DNA of 64,000 nt from Bacteroidota bacterium (GTDB lineage Bacteria > Bacteroidota > Bacteroidia > Chitinophagales > BACL12): the NCBI GenBank assembly GCA_016706865.1, contig JADJIS010000002.1:972768-1036767 (forward strand), given 5' to 3'. Below, in pieces: positions 30,501-39,662 of this stretch. The notes under the pieces were generated by a model, which had not been told where the DNA came from, ran no database searches, and saw nothing but the letters and a program-made list of their open reading frames with translations. Positions within the stretch are counted from its first letter, which is position 1, and every line of letters begins with the position of its first letter. Made by a program: the position numbers and the translations under genes.

Positions 30501-31237
30501 TTTCATATTCCACTTATGGTAACCTCGATTTTGGAACTGTTAAAGGTTTAACTGTTTCTTATGATATTGCACGCAGAACAAGAAACCTGAAATTATCTAC
30601 AAGTTATACATTACAGTTTGCTGATGGAACAGGTTCAAGTGCAACTTCACAGATCAACCTTGTTGGTGCCGGTCAACCGAACTTAAGAACAATTATTCCT
30701 TTATCTTACGACTCACGCCACAGTGTGAAATTAGTTCTTGATTATCGTTTCGACGATCCTGAAGGTGGTCAACCAACCTGGTTAAATGACGTTGGTTTGA
30801 ATACAACCTTTAATGCGCGTTCAGGAGAACCTTACACGCGTCAGGCAAATCCACTTGCAACGGCACAATTTGGTGCCAACACAAGAGCAACTTTGGAAGG
30901 TGGTATAAATGGTTCTCGTTTGCCTTGGCATTACAGAACTGATATTAAACTTGATAAAGCATTCACTTTTGGTATTGGTAAAAACGACAGGCCGATAAGC
31001 ATGGACGTTTACTTATGGGTGCAAAACCTGTTTGATAACAGAAACGTGATCGCTGTTTACGCTTATACCGGAAACCCATTGGATGATGGATATTTAGCAT
31101 CTGCAGAAGGTCAGCAAATTGTAAGCACAGTATTAGATGCTCAATCTTTTACTGATCTCTATAATATAAAAGTTCAAAACCCTGATAACTATAGCATTCC
31201 AAGAAGAATACGTCTTGGTGTTGCATTTGATTTCTAA
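27521..31237 (+). CDS. TonB-dependent-receptor-like outer-membrane protein with an N-terminal carboxypeptidase-regulatory-like domain
   Basis: Signal peptide, CarboxypepD_reg-like segment (GKVLND..PFANVV..TDFDGKY..LEPGTYEIEASYVG), plug-like region (IKGSRG..YIIDGV), long barrel, terminal ..GVAFDF. Confidence 0.75.
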   Translation: MNKLLYALVVLVLCVGSANAQSGEIQGKVLNDKAEGIPFANVVAYKNGVLVTGATTDFDGKYAIPALEPGTYEIEASYVGLKKRLTGITVSQGIVFLDDILLSDKILDVVIIKYQAPLVDKGNTSTGGVVTKEDIQKIATRNVTSIAATKEGVYQSDEGGGLNIKGSRGDATEYIIDGVRVSGSLKLPQDAIEQLEVITGGVDPKYGDATGGFITITTRGPSKNYNGSMELATSEVLDDYGYNLASLFLTGPIIMKDKGTDSAQAKFGFFIAGELEMERDPDPSAIGNFQVKDDVMNSLTVDPLRPSVTGLGFNKNSEFITDDDIEAIPYRLNTSNRGLALSTKLDYKFSRNTNLQVGLSWRNFHGNTYARTFALFNSENNPVDDQNTYRGYLRFTQRFPEKKSASTKESVVGNAYYSIQLDYTKFISTRQDGDHQMNPFAYGYIGQYNTYKAPVYFYTTDETTGLTGWVLAGYADTLVEFTAGEANPELAEYTTEYYEGSGIPPSSLFDIQLGGGLLNGESSSLFLSTYNMWYNAGVPWFNYSKTNEDQYSLTFGASLDLKNPNATNVSKHAIEFGFEFQQRIERFYGVNPIGLWTIARQLANKHILTLDTDNPLLIIDGEEYTYDEYISTPGLYFGEFDTITYDRLSLGDDQAYFDQQLRNRLNEMGMPVGDLDYINIDNLPLDAFSMDLFSADELLNQGSSLVFYNGYDYLGNTVTGAPSFNDFFTQKNDEGLYTRPIDAFRPVYTAGYIQDRFNFNDIVFRVGVRVDRYDANRKVLKDKYSLYDVYSTSEVDGSLNPNGAHPGNIGEDFVVYVDDFNSPSPTVLGYRDEDVWYNADGQEVSDPNVIAITSSTGTITPYVIDPDANIKDENFDPNSSFEDYTPQITLMPRIAFSFPISKVKDREALFFAHYDILTQRPPTGTSASPADYYFFLENAGALIDNPDLKPEKTIDYQVGFQQQLSPSSVIKISAFYKELRDMIQVVNVPYAYPLSYSTYGNLDFGTVKGLTVSYDIARRTRNLKLSTSYTLQFADGTGSSATSQINLVGAGQPNLRTIIPLSYDSRHSVKLVLDYRFDDPEGGQPTWLNDVGLNTTFNARSGEPYTRQANPLATAQFGANTRATLEGGINGSRLPWHYRTDIKLDKAFTFGIGKNDRPISMDVYLWVQNLFDNRNVIAVYAYTGNPLDDGYLASAEGQQIVSTVLDAQSFTDLYNIKVQNPDNYSIPRRIRLGVAFDF

Positions 31238-31258
31238 AATAGATTTAAACTGTTGAAT

Positions 31259-34200
31259 ATGTTAAAAAATAAACTGAATTGGATTTTACTTTTCACCTTG
31301 TTTGCAAGCATGAATGTTTATGCTAAGGAGAACATTGGGATCACAGGTAAACGTTTAAATACCTATGCTAAACTAACGGCTGGATGTTCTGATGCCACTA
31401 CACAAGTGGATCTGGATATTAATAACGTGCGCTGCCGTTTATTAGGTGCCGGCGATTTTTGGTGGGATCTGCAAAATGATGCCAAATATGAAATTCCAAA
31501 GGTTGACCCTTCCACAGGAACTATTCCTGTGAGCTCCAGTTTTGCCGGTGCTCTTTGGGTTGGTGGTATTGATGCGGGTGGTCAACTAAAGATCGCAGCT
31601 CAAACATACCGCCAAAGCGGGAACGACTTCTGGCCTGGACCGCTCGACAACGACGGAACCATTGAAGAAGCAACTTGTAATGCTTACGACCGTCACTGGA
31701 AAGTAAACAGAACAGAAATTGATGATTTTTTTGAAACGATATTAGAATATGGTGGAAATCCGGGTGTTTCTGAAACACCGACCGAAATTCCGGAAAATAG
31801 AATTCCAACTATTATCCGCGAATGGCCAGGTTTAGGAAATCCTATGGCAACCGGTAAAGCAGGTGAATTATTAAATGTTACAAGAGACCTTGGCCCTTTC
31901 GTAGATGTAAATTTTAACGGTTACTATGAACCACAATTTGGAGAATATCCGGATATTGATGGTGATCAGGCAATTTTCTGGGTTTATAATGATAAAGGAA
32001 ATATTCACACTGAATCAGGTGGTGATGCAATTGGTTTAGAAATTCAGGCACTCGCTTTTGGATTTACAACTAACGATGAAATTAACGACATGACCTTTTA
32101 TCGCTACAAGGTTACCAATTTTGCAACTACTTCACTTGACTCTACTTATTTCGGTCAGTGGGTGGATTCAGATCTTGGAGCTTATGACGACGACTGGGTT
32201 GGATGCGATACTTTACTTTCTTTAGGTCTATGTTATAATGGTGACCTTGTAGATGGGCCTACTTCTCCAAATTACGGACCTAATCCTCCGATCTTTGGAA
32301 CAGACTTTTTTCAAGGTCCAATTAAATATACTTTGGATGATGGTGTTATTACTGACAGTGTGAGATTGGGTATGTCGTCATTCCTATATTATGATAATAA
32401 CTTCTTAATTACCGGTAATCCTGAGGTTGCGGCACATTATTATGGTTATATGTCAGGAACCTGGAAGGATGGTTCTCCATTTACATATGGCGGAAACGGA
32501 TATGGTGGAACTGAACGCACAAACTTCATATTCCCAAGCGATCCTTCCGATCCTACGGGATGGAGCGAGTGTACTGAAGGTAATACTGCTTTCGACAGAC
32601 GATATTTACAATCATCAGGTCCTTTCAGATTATTACCTGGTGCAAAAAATGAGATAGTAATGGGTGCAATATGGGTTCGCCCTCCGGTATCAGGTGGATG
32701 TCAAACCTCTTTTGATCTTGCTCGTTTGGCAGATCAAAAAGCACAGGCTTTATTTGATGCGAATTTCCAACTTATTGGTGGTCCTGATGCACCGGATCTA
32801 GGTATCCGCGAATTGGATCAGGCTTTAGTTCTATCATTAACAAATGGACCAACTTCAAATAATGTGGGTGAAGCTTATGTAGAAACAGATCCGTTGATAG
32901 TGAGTATTGTTAGTCAGTTACCTGATAGCATTATTGAAGCAAATCCTGGTATCACTGATACAACATATGGTTTTCAGGGATATAAGATCTATCAATTGGA
33001 AAATGCTCAGGTTTCTCCTTCCGAATATAGTGATGTAACCAAGGCGAAATTAATTTTCCAGAGTGATCTTAAAGACGGTATTGATAAGATCGTGAATTAT
33101 AGTTTCGACGTTACGATAGGCGCAGATGTTCCTGAATTAATGGTAGAAGGATCAGATGAGGGTGTTAAACACACTTTCTATGTTACCGATGATGCATTTG
33201 CAGCGGGGAATTCCAAACTTATCAATTTCAAAACATATTATTTTTCAGTAGTATCCTATGCGCATAACAACTTTTTGCAATATGATGTTACCAACCCGAA
33301 TTCTCAGAAACGACCTTATCTGGAAGGTAGGAAGAATATAAAAATCTATACTGCAATTCCGCACAAACCGGATCCTGAAAATGGAGGAATGGTTTTAAAT
33401 GCTGAATATGGTGACGGACCTGATATTACAAAAATTGAAGGTGTTGGAAATGGAGGCAACTTCCAGGAATTAACTGATGCTTCTGTAGAAACAATTCTTA
33501 GCAATTCATTTATGCTGGCTCCTGTTTACAAAGGACGTAAAGCTCCTATAGATGTAATGGTTTATGATCCTGTTCGTTTACCTGCCGCGGAATTTGAATT
33601 AAAAATGGTGGATTCAACAAACAGCAATCCATTGAATTCTGACAGTACCTGGTGGGTGCTTACTAATCTTACAGATGGTAGTTTCATTGTTTCTGATTTC
33701 CCTATAAACTTTGTGAACGAACAGATCATTCCTGAATGGGGATTATCGGTTACTGTTCATAATGTTCAAAACCCTGGAGGCCAAACAGTTAGTGGTTCTT
33801 TTATCGAAAAAGAAGAAAATAATGGTTTAATAGGTGCAACGTTTACTTACGATGATCCAAATAAACAATGGTTAACAGGAGTTCCTGATAATGACGGTAC
33901 CATTTTAGACTGGATTCGTTCAGGTATTGCTGATGGACTTTTTGCCGATGTATTACCTAACCCGGATGAAAATCAGGTGTTTGAAGGAATACTTGGTGGA
34001 ACCTGGGCTCCAACAGAATTGGTAGCTTTTAACACGGCTGATGTTCCTTATATGCCATTGCGTTCTATTGTTGGTTTACGCCCTCAAATTCCGATTGAAG
34101 AAACGATCGGCGTTGATGTGATTTTCACTCCAGACAGATCGAAATGGTCAAAATGTATAGTTGTGGAAAGTGGAGAAATTACAACTATCAGAGATGAATT

Positions 34201-35137
34201 AAAACTTGATTTACGTCAATTACCTTCTATGGATAGTACGGGAGAACTTTTAGGCGATGGCTCTATGGGTTACTCTTATTTCCCTGGTTATGCTATTGAT
34301 GTGGAAACAGGAACAAGGGTAAATATTTTCTTTGGAGAGGATGGTGGCTCAGGGCAACCTGATGGAAGAGGTAAAGATATGGTGTGGAATCCTTCTTCTA
34401 CTTTCTTTGATCAAACTGGGATTCCAATATATGGTGGTAAACATTATTTATATGTTACTAAAACCAAATACGACGAAGGTAAAAATATGCACGATTCATT
34501 ACAGTGGATCGGCGGGTCAAAACCGGAAACCTCTTATTATAAAGATGTTTTTGTGAACGTGGTTTGGATAACAATGCCATTCCTTCAACCGGGTTATTCT
34601 TCAGTTGTAGGTGAGCCTATGGAAATTCCTACTACCACTACTGTCCAGTTGAGAGTAACTAAACCATACTTGTCGCAATTTATTACAGGAGAGAATCTTG
34701 GTTTTCCGCTATATCGTTTCTCAACGGCCACTCTAGCTCCGGGTGTTAATGATACGGAGGTAGCTAGCAGCGCACTTGATCTTATACGCGTTGTTCCAAA
34801 TCCTTATTATGCATACTCTGCTTATGAGACGAGTTCGATCGATAATAATGTCAAGATCACAAATCTACCTCCACAATGTACTGTATCTATATTTACTTTG
34901 GACGGAACTTTAGTTAGAAGGTTTGAACGCGATGTTAGTGCCGATAATACAGCCGGTGGTGAGTTGAATGCTAAGGAATCGAATACTGATACCGCACTGG
35001 ATTGGGATCTAAAAAATGAGAAAAATGTTCCTTTGGCCAGCGGTATGTATATAGTGCATATTGATGCGGGACCTCTTGGAGAAAAAACAATTAAATGGTT
35101 TGGCGTAATGAGACCAATAGATCTGGATACTTTCTAA
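31259..35137 (+). CDS. Large (about 1290 aa) secreted hypothetical protein with a T9SS-CTD-like C-terminus
   Basis: Signal peptide (LLFTLFASMNVYA). No catalytic motif recognised. C-terminus VVPNPYYAYS..KITNLP..VSIFTLDGTLVRRF..GMYIVHIDAG..KTIKWF. The ORF-track start at 31253 is TTG; the ATG is at 31259. Confidence 0.6.
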   Translation: MLKNKLNWILLFTLFASMNVYAKENIGITGKRLNTYAKLTAGCSDATTQVDLDINNVRCRLLGAGDFWWDLQNDAKYEIPKVDPSTGTIPVSSSFAGALWVGGIDAGGQLKIAAQTYRQSGNDFWPGPLDNDGTIEEATCNAYDRHWKVNRTEIDDFFETILEYGGNPGVSETPTEIPENRIPTIIREWPGLGNPMATGKAGELLNVTRDLGPFVDVNFNGYYEPQFGEYPDIDGDQAIFWVYNDKGNIHTESGGDAIGLEIQALAFGFTTNDEINDMTFYRYKVTNFATTSLDSTYFGQWVDSDLGAYDDDWVGCDTLLSLGLCYNGDLVDGPTSPNYGPNPPIFGTDFFQGPIKYTLDDGVITDSVRLGMSSFLYYDNNFLITGNPEVAAHYYGYMSGTWKDGSPFTYGGNGYGGTERTNFIFPSDPSDPTGWSECTEGNTAFDRRYLQSSGPFRLLPGAKNEIVMGAIWVRPPVSGGCQTSFDLARLADQKAQALFDANFQLIGGPDAPDLGIRELDQALVLSLTNGPTSNNVGEAYVETDPLIVSIVSQLPDSIIEANPGITDTTYGFQGYKIYQLENAQVSPSEYSDVTKAKLIFQSDLKDGIDKIVNYSFDVTIGADVPELMVEGSDEGVKHTFYVTDDAFAAGNSKLINFKTYYFSVVSYAHNNFLQYDVTNPNSQKRPYLEGRKNIKIYTAIPHKPDPENGGMVLNAEYGDGPDITKIEGVGNGGNFQELTDASVETILSNSFMLAPVYKGRKAPIDVMVYDPVRLPAAEFELKMVDSTNSNPLNSDSTWWVLTNLTDGSFIVSDFPINFVNEQIIPEWGLSVTVHNVQNPGGQTVSGSFIEKEENNGLIGATFTYDDPNKQWLTGVPDNDGTILDWIRSGIADGLFADVLPNPDENQVFEGILGGTWAPTELVAFNTADVPYMPLRSIVGLRPQIPIEETIGVDVIFTPDRSKWSKCIVVESGEITTIRDELKLDLRQLPSMDSTGELLGDGSMGYSYFPGYAIDVETGTRVNIFFGEDGGSGQPDGRGKDMVWNPSSTFFDQTGIPIYGGKHYLYVTKTKYDEGKNMHDSLQWIGGSKPETSYYKDVFVNVVWITMPFLQPGYSSVVGEPMEIPTTTTVQLRVTKPYLSQFITGENLGFPLYRFSTATLAPGVNDTEVASSALDLIRVVPNPYYAYSAYETSSIDNNVKITNLPPQCTVSIFTLDGTLVRRFERDVSADNTAGGELNAKESNTDTALDWDLKNEKNVPLASGMYIVHIDAGPLGEKTIKWFGVMRPIDLDTF

Positions 35138-35148
35138 AACCGAAACAC

Positions 35149-36210
35149 ATGACAAAAATGAAAAAAATACTAGTTACCTTATTTATAGCGATTCCGGCAG
35201 TGCTTATGGCAGGAAACCCTGACCGTTCTGGAGAGGCGGGTGCATCAGAATTACTGATTAATCCCTGGGCTCAAAGTTCCGGATGGTATGGATTGAATAT
35301 TGCATCAGTTAGAGGTGTTGAAGCACCGAATATCAATGTTGCCGGTATGTCGTTCTTAGAAGGCAGTCAAATAGAATTTTGCAGGACCGAATGGTTAGTT
35401 GGATCTGAGATCAGTTTAACAACTTTCGGATTTGCCCAAAAGGTTGGCGATGGAGCTATTGGCCTAACACTTACATCCATGGATCTGGGTGAAATTGAGG
35501 TAACAACAACAGAAAGTCCGGACGGAACCGGTGCATACTATAAACCGCGTTTCTCAAATCTCGGATTATCATATTCCAGAAAATTTGCTGATTATTTGAG
35601 CGGTGGTGTAACCGTAAGGGTAATAACAGAAAGTATTTCAGATGTAAAGGCCATTGGAGTTTCCATGGACGTTGGAATACAGTATATTACTGGTCCAGCG
35701 GAACATCCCGAAAAGATCAAAATGGGTATTGCTTTAAAAAATATTGGAACTCCAATGAAATTCAGCGGAGATGGTCTCAGTTTCAGAGGAAATGTTCCGG
35801 ATGGTGATTACTCCATGACTCAGGATTTCAGGTCAGAAACTTTTGAATTGCCTTCCTTATTGACCATCGGTCTGTCGTACGATTTCTATTTTGGTCAGGA
35901 ACATAGGTTGACAGCAGTAGGAAATTTCGTTTCTAATTCTTTCTATAAAGATCAGTTTGGAGCAGGTTTGGAATATGCATTAAAGGTGAAAAATACCGAA
36001 ATGTTCATGTTGCGCACAGGTTACAGATACGAAAGCGGTATTACAAACGACGTAGATAGAACTTCAGCTTCCACAGGTATAGCAGCAGGTTTAACATTCC
36101 AATATCCTATCGACAAATTAGGAAATAATCTTGTAGCATTAAATTATTCTTACAGAACTTCACATCAATACGAAGGTTCCCATTGTTTCGGACTTCGTTT
36201 AAGTTTCTGA
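35149..36210 (+). CDS. PorV/PorQ-like outer-membrane beta-barrel protein
   Basis: Signal peptide from MTKMKKIL. The N-terminal GASELLINPWAQSSGWYG motif resembles the PorV/PorQ family signature as I remember it. Alternating beta pattern, terminal ..GLRLSF. Confidence 0.5.
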   Translation: MTKMKKILVTLFIAIPAVLMAGNPDRSGEAGASELLINPWAQSSGWYGLNIASVRGVEAPNINVAGMSFLEGSQIEFCRTEWLVGSEISLTTFGFAQKVGDGAIGLTLTSMDLGEIEVTTTESPDGTGAYYKPRFSNLGLSYSRKFADYLSGGVTVRVITESISDVKAIGVSMDVGIQYITGPAEHPEKIKMGIALKNIGTPMKFSGDGLSFRGNVPDGDYSMTQDFRSETFELPSLLTIGLSYDFYFGQEHRLTAVGNFVSNSFYKDQFGAGLEYALKVKNTEMFMLRTGYRYESGITNDVDRTSASTGIAAGLTFQYPIDKLGNNLVALNYSYRTSHQYEGSHCFGLRLSF

Positions 36211-36233
36211 TTAAATACTTTTTATAACTTTGC

Positions 36234-36270
36234 GGAAACGTTTCTCAACAGGAAACGTTTCTTTTTTTTT
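36234..36270 (+). terminator. Intrinsic terminator (10-11 bp stem, 5-nt loop, T9 tract)
   Basis: GGAAACGTTTCT caaca GGAAACGTTTC followed by TTTTTTTTT. It lies 24 nt after the PorV-like stop codon. Confidence 0.85.
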
Positions 36271-36287
36271 ATTTTAAAAACAATGTC

Positions 36288-36764
36288 ATGGGTGAAATAA
36301 GCTATTTGAGTAAAGAGGGAATGGAAAAACTGAAGATAGAAATTCAGGAATTAAAAACCAGTGGTCGCAAAGAAATGTCTCAACAAATTAATGAAGCCCG
36401 CGAAAAAGGGGATCTGGCAGAAAACGCCGAATACCATGCTGCAAAGGAGGCTCAGGGTTTAATGGAAATGAAGATCGCCAAACTGGAAGAGTTATTAATG
36501 AATGCAAGATTGTTGGATGAATCCAAAATTGATATTTCTAAAGTTTCAGTATTTACTACAGTTAAATTACATGATACTAAATTCAATAAAGATATAACTT
36601 ATAAATTAGTGTCTGAAAAAGAAGCAGATATTAAAACCGGAAAAATATCTGTAACCTCCCCAATCGGAAAGGGATTGTTGGGTAAAAGTGTGGGGGATGT
36701 AGTGAAAATTATAGTGCCTGCAGGTTCCATCGAATTTAAAATATTAGATATCTCTGTTGTATAA
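36288..36764 (+). CDS. greA: Transcription elongation factor GreA
   Basis: ..AREKGDLAENAEYHAAKE.. coiled-coil motif, 158 aa. Confidence 0.95.
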   Translation: MGEISYLSKEGMEKLKIEIQELKTSGRKEMSQQINEAREKGDLAENAEYHAAKEAQGLMEMKIAKLEELLMNARLLDESKIDISKVSVFTTVKLHDTKFNKDITYKLVSEKEADIKTGKISVTSPIGKGLLGKSVGDVVKIIVPAGSIEFKILDISVV

Positions 36765-37156
36765 TGCCGACTATTTTTACAAGAATAATAAATGGTGAAA
36801 TTCCCTGCCACAAAATTGCAGAGGATGAAAACTTTTTTGCATTTCTGGATATCATGCCACTGGCTCCGGGACATGTTTTAGTTGTTCCTAAAAAACAAAT
36901 TGATTACATTTTTGATATTGACGATGATTTGTTAAGTGGAATTTTACCATTTGCAAAAAAGATCGCGGAAGCAATGGAAAAGGTGATTACTTGTGAACGT
37001 ATAGGGATTTCAGTTATTGGATTGGAAGTGCCACATGCTCATTTGCACCTAATTCCACTTCGCACAATGGATGATATAAATTTCTCCAGGCCAAAATTGA
37101 AAATGTCGGAAAAAGAACTGGCGGAAATTGCAGCTAAAATTGTTGCTCAATTGTAG
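36764..37156 (+). CDS. HIT family (histidine triad) protein
   Basis: HAHLHLIP histidine triad, 130 aa. Confidence 0.9.
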   Translation: MPTIFTRIINGEIPCHKIAEDENFFAFLDIMPLAPGHVLVVPKKQIDYIFDIDDDLLSGILPFAKKIAEAMEKVITCERIGISVIGLEVPHAHLHLIPLRTMDDINFSRPKLKMSEKELAEIAAKIVAQL

Positions 37157-37199
37157 ATCCCCACCTGGGAAAAAATAATTTAAATGTTTTTTTAATCTG

Positions 37200-37766
37200 T
37201 TATTTTTTTACCTTGCCGGGGTTTGCTGTGATATAATCCGCCCATCCATTAAATTGTTTTCCCTTTAATGCAATTTTTTTTCCGGAGTTAAAATGACAAA
37301 CGGCCACTGCCAACGCATCCGTTGCGTCAAAATATTTTGGCATTTCAATGATCTTTAAAGTACTCTCCAGCATTTTTGCAACCTGTTCTTTAGATGCATT
37401 ACCTTTTCCTGTGATGGATTGTTTTATTCGGCGCGGACTGTATTCAATAACCGGTATATTATTATTTACACCTGCTATAATTGCAGCGCCCTGCGCCCGC
37501 CCCAATTTTAACATGGATTGTACATTTTTCCCAAAGAATGGTGCTTCAATTGCCAAGGCAGTTGGTTTGTATTCTATAATATAAGCAGTGAGTTTTTCAT
37601 AGATGATGCCTAAACGAATAAAATGATCATCCGTTTTTTTTAACTGGATAACTCCGTTTATTAATATTTTGATAGTATTTTTATCGGCACAAATAATACT
37701 ATAACCTAATATATTTGTTCCGGGGTCAACGCCCATTATTATTTGTTGTGGATTTTTTTCTGACAT
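37200..37766 (-). CDS. ruvC: Crossover junction endodeoxyribonuclease RuvC
   Basis: IMGVDPGT.. N-terminus, ..DATDALAVAVCH. Confidence 0.92.
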   Translation of the reverse strand: MSEKNPQQIIMGVDPGTNILGYSIICADKNTIKILINGVIQLKKTDDHFIRLGIIYEKLTAYIIEYKPTALAIEAPFFGKNVQSMLKLGRAQGAAIIAGVNNNIPVIEYSPRRIKQSITGKGNASKEQVAKMLESTLKIIEMPKYFDATDALAVAVCHFNSGKKIALKGKQFNGWADYITANPGKVKK

Positions 37767-37779
37767 TACTTGAAGCGAA

Positions 37780-38760
37780 TTGAAAACTAAAACGAATAGA
37801 TCTCTACTCTGGTCTCTCGCTATAAAAGTAGCGGTTTTACTTTTATTGGCTTTTGCACTTTATAAACAATTATACAAGAATGAGGATGTTTTGCAAATTC
37901 CTCAGTTACTAAGTGACCGTACGGGTGGCAATACATTCTTCATTCTTGTTATTTTGCTTTTTTTAATGTTCCTCAATTGGGGAATTGAAGCATATAAATG
38001 GAAATTGTTGATTCAGAAACTAAATCCCATTCGTTTTATCAGAACTTTTAAAGCTGTTTGGACCGGAGTTACACTCGGGCTTTTTACACCGAACCGGGTT
38101 GGTGAGTTTGGAGGGCGCATTTTATATGTTCCGCGTAAATTCCGAATTCCTGCCGTAATTGTTTCTTTGATTGGTAGTTTTAGTCAAAACCTGGCAACAA
38201 TAATTACCGGGGTAATCAGTATGATCATTTACCTCCATAAAGTGGAACATATTGCCTCATTTCTGTTTTTTTCAGTAATTCTGATAAGTTCTATTACCAT
38301 TATTTTACTCCTTCTTGCTTATTATAACCTCGATGTAGTGATTCAGGTGTTTAAAAGAAGTAAGTTTCTGAAAAGAATTTACTCTTATACCGAGGTGCTC
38401 AAAATCTACCACTCAACTGATGTTACGGTTCTTTTACTGTTATCCATTTTGAGATATGCAGTTTACGCGGCACAGTATTTGATTTTTCTCCGACTGTTTG
38501 GTGCGGAGATTGGTATTTTTGATGGGATTGTTGCAATAGGAGTTATTTATCTGGCACAAACAGTGGTTCCAAGTTTTGCGATAGTAGATCTGTTAACAAG
38601 GTTGCCGATCGCGACACTTATTTTTTCAAATTATAACGTTAATGTAGGAATTACACTGGCTGCAACTTCTAGTATCTGGATACTAAATCTGATCGTACCG
38701 GCAACATTGGGTTATATATTTATTTTTAAATATAATTTTTTTAAAAACAAACAATCATGA
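37780..38760 (+). CDS. Lysylphosphatidylglycerol-synthase-TM-like (UPF0104, flippase-like) membrane protein
   Basis: Polytopic membrane protein with a PNRVGEFGGR motif. TTG start in the ORF track. Confidence 0.55.
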   Translation: MKTKTNRSLLWSLAIKVAVLLLLAFALYKQLYKNEDVLQIPQLLSDRTGGNTFFILVILLFLMFLNWGIEAYKWKLLIQKLNPIRFIRTFKAVWTGVTLGLFTPNRVGEFGGRILYVPRKFRIPAVIVSLIGSFSQNLATIITGVISMIIYLHKVEHIASFLFFSVILISSITIILLLLAYYNLDVVIQVFKRSKFLKRIYSYTEVLKIYHSTDVTVLLLLSILRYAVYAAQYLIFLRLFGAEIGIFDGIVAIGVIYLAQTVVPSFAIVDLLTRLPIATLIFSNYNVNVGITLAATSSIWILNLIVPATLGYIFIFKYNFFKNKQS

Positions 38761-39605
38761 TCAAACCATTATTATTTGCATCCCTTTCTCTGGGAACTTT
38801 ATTTTCTGATAATAAAGAAAATGATTTTCCAACAACAGTTTTACCTGTTTCTGAAACTTGTGAAATTCCGCATATGGCATTTCAATCAGGCGAATCTTTA
38901 ACATACAAAGTATATTATAATTGGGGTGCAGTTTGGTTGAGCGGCGGTGAAGTTTATTTTAAACTTACCAGTGAAACTTACAAAGGTATTCCGGTTTTGC
39001 ATGCTGCAGGGGAAGCAAATAGTTATAAATCATTCGACTGGTTATTTAAGGTTCGTGATAAAGCAGATACCTGGATGAACAGTGAAACTCTGCAGTCATA
39101 TAAATTCAGCAGAGATGTATACGAAGGCGGATATACTTTCTACCGTTCGTATGATTGGGACAGAGATAAAAATATTATTTATTCTTATCAGGATAACCGC
39201 AAAGGAAAAAAAGTAACAAAAACAATAACAGATGTTGATCCATGTGGTGTTGATCTGCTCTCTACTTTTTATTGGATGAGGACATTGGATCTGTCGAAAG
39301 CAAAAACCGGAGATAAGATACATGTTAAAATGGCTATTGATGATGAGGAGTACGATATGTATGTGAGATATGATGGTAAAGAAGTATATGAAACCAAATT
39401 GGGAAAATTTAATTGCATAAAAATAAAACCTCTGCTAAAAGAAGGTGAAATATTTAAGGAAGGGGAGGGAATGACATTATGGTTAACAGATGATGAGAAC
39501 AGAATTCCTGTTCGCATTGAATCAGAATTACGTGTCGGCAGAATTACCTGCGATCTTAAATCATATGGTGGAAATAAATATCCTTTCACATCAAAAGTAG
39601 AATAA
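38757..39605 (+). CDS. DUF3108-like protein
   Basis: The GESLTYKVYYNWGAVWLSGGEVYFKL pattern resembles DUF3108. Its start overlaps the preceding gene (ATGA). Confidence 0.5.
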   Translation: MIKPLLFASLSLGTLFSDNKENDFPTTVLPVSETCEIPHMAFQSGESLTYKVYYNWGAVWLSGGEVYFKLTSETYKGIPVLHAAGEANSYKSFDWLFKVRDKADTWMNSETLQSYKFSRDVYEGGYTFYRSYDWDRDKNIIYSYQDNRKGKKVTKTITDVDPCGVDLLSTFYWMRTLDLSKAKTGDKIHVKMAIDDEEYDMYVRYDGKEVYETKLGKFNCIKIKPLLKEGEIFKEGEGMTLWLTDDENRIPVRIESELRVGRITCDLKSYGGNKYPFTSKVE

Positions 39606-39606
39606 A

Positions 39607-39638
39607 TAAAAAAACCGGTTTAACTACCGGTTTTTTTT
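39607..39638. terminator. Bidirectional intrinsic terminator between convergent genes
   Basis: AAAAAAACCGGT ttaact ACCGGTTTTTTTT: an A-run, a GC stem, then a T-run. Confidence 0.85.
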
Positions 39639-39662
39639 ATTGTATTTATCTTAAAAATAAAA

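Noticed and set aside
31259-35137. The 1294-aa protein as PorU (T9SS sortase), given its size and the adjacent PorV-like gene
   Set aside because: I could not find gingipain/C25-type catalytic His/Cys motifs, and the upstream TonB-dependent-receptor-like gene is not part of the usual porU-porV pair. It stays as hypothetical.
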